DNA from: Octopus vulgaris
Lineage: Eukaryota
DNA length: 64,000 bases
Direction: 5' to 3'
NCBI GenBank assembly: GCA_951406725.2
Contig: OX597818.1
Span: 22,134,001-22,198,000 of the forward strand
Positions 61,979-64,000 of the stretch are shown in pieces (the stretch's first letter is position 1; the number at the start of each line of letters is the position of its first letter). The notes beneath the pieces are model-generated. The model made no database searches and was not told where the DNA came from. It saw only the letters and a program-made list of their open reading frames with translations. A program made the translations under genes and the position numbers.

Positions 61979-64000
61979 CTGTATGGTTGTTCAACTTGAG
62001 AAGTCTCAATATCGACCTGAGCCGATATTGCCAAATGCCTGATCTGGATCCGAAATACATTCAAGGATGGGCTAATTAATGTATGATTAAGCATTTATAT
62101 GGCCACACTTTATGTTCTCCATAGCATTACACCAGATCCCTGGCATGAATTGCTCTGATTCCTGCCTCACCCACCCAGCATTTGAAAATAAAAATGTAAT
62201 ATTGTTTCAATTTACAGCCAATGAGGACTACCCACTGCTAAACAGAAACAATACTAAATTTATTTTGAAGATGTGAGTGTATGAGAATCAGTTTACATGG
62301 CATGTGTATGGGAATATCTGAAAAATCATGTAGAAACTGCCAGAAAAAATTTTTTAAATGAACAATTCATTTTTCTTTGCAAACATCATTTATTTTATAA
62401 ACTATAATTTTGGAAAATGGCTATTTACAACACAGCAGAAGTAAATCACATTTAAAAGTTAATAAAAATGAAGACAAAATATACTGGCCAATATACACTG
62501 TAAAACTAAGATATTTATTTAACTGGTGTTGAGGTCACTTATACAGCTGTGGCTATTTGTGACAAAGTCCAGCAATCATTCATATCTGATCATAAAAACT
62601 GGTAAATAAGGAGTAATGGTATTCATTTTAGGGTTCAATTTTATGACTTGAAATTTCTGTCAGTGAACAGGTCACGGTCTCAAAGTGACAAAAATATTTT
62701 GACAAATTAAATTTAAATGTTGAAGTGAATCTAACAGATTTTGTGTATTTCTTAAATGGCTTATAAACACCTTCCACGCTGCAATTGTTTTCGTTCAAGC
62801 ACATGATCTCAGATCAGGTCACTTGCTATGCAAGTACATCTCCGTAAAATATATTTAGAATGTGCAGAAATAGGAAAAGCATATTAAATGGGAGAGATAT
62901 CATCAATAAACCTGTATTTGAAACTACAGACAGGAGTATTACTGATTAACCTGGTGAATGCGTAATTTGAATGGAAGACAAAACCATGTATGCAAAGCTA
63001 TTCAACCTATTGTTACCAGTGCATCACTAAAATGGATTACCTTAAAAAATTGAGGTAACCCATAAATGGGTTGTCTTTATTTTCAATTTGTGCAGACCTG
63101 AGATCAGTGGCAGATTCATTGCCAAGAGCAAACTTGTCCAAATTTTTTTTCTCTTCTCCTTCAGCGAACATTTCTGTCGCTGGCAGTCCAAGACCATTCT
63201 CAAGTCACTAACTCAACCCCCGCTTCTGTTGCATTTTTCATATTGTGAACAGCCCCTGAAATTAATTAATTATGTTACTTAAAAGTAGTTGTTAATGTGA
63301 GAATAACAAATGCACTCACGTATTATTCACAAAGGCAAAAATCTACTAACATTTTCTACTGGGTTTGACTAATTCTACAGTTGAAAACAGATACAAACTG
63401 AAAGCTTCACATTCATAAATGTTCACTACTGTTTTATGTCAGAACCTATCAAAGCTAGTACAACCACTCCCTGCTCACAGTCTGGCTAAAACAGTACTCA
63501 AAGTGAATATTAATATCATGTTTGTCCAGCCCAGTGCCATTTTCAGTTCAATGACTGCAAATCAAAATTTAATTCAATACACTATGAGCAAAGGATAAAA
63601 TATATACTCAAATGTAAAGCAAAATGTAGAATAATAGCCTTTTTGTCAAACATCAAAAACAATTAACACAGTTCCTGCTGGTTTTTAAAAACAAAAATTC
63701 AAGGCTTTTCAAAGATTTTCAAGAGTATTTTCAAGCTAGATTCAAGGACCATCATGACCACTCCATAAAAAATTCAAGGGTTTCGAAGGACATCCTTCTG
63801 ATAAAACAAAACTATATACACTACTTAGGTTCTCATCATATTGTTTAAATATCACCCAATCTGTTTCCTCAAGTTGTTGACTAATGTATAGCAATATTTC
63901 CATGCCAGTGTTTGCTGCCTGTACGTGGAAACATTGCAAATACGAATTCAAACTACTGGCTTAAGTAGAACATTTTTCTTTTGTTTTAATGATAAATTTG

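Noticed and set aside
63600-64000. Possible exon or element at the window end (TTCAAG repeats, 69-aa ORF)
   Set aside because: No recognisable motifs or supportable boundaries within the window.

Overview
AT-rich, repeat-dense eukaryotic DNA. The SINE/LINE families and microsatellites point to an octopus (cephalopod) genome, which is inferred from recognised repeats and not from a search. Three spliced protein genes can be rebuilt by hand with GT-AG junctions and consistent phases: CCDC51/MITOK-like (minus, 2 coding exons, 377 aa), a LENG9-like gene encoding an RWD + MJ1316(DUF504) + 2H-phosphoesterase protein (plus, 2 coding exons, 483 aa), and cytosolic ENGase/GH85 (minus, 12 exons, 628 aa). 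A tRNA-Gly(GCC) lies just upstream of CCDC51. The rest is transposon-derived: a near-intact DD34D mariner nested in a Gypsy remnant, a spacer-less 860-bp foldback element with a 9-bp TSD, solo LTRs, Helitrons, RTE LINEs, a Sola2-like remnant and many SINEs. The most notable items are the candidate RNA-end-repair protein and a dispersed set of Penelope/retrozyme-type type I hammerhead ribozyme motifs. One of these has an intact core and lies on the sense strand about 3.3 kb upstream of the LENG9-like coding exon. Most short ORFs in the track are spurious.
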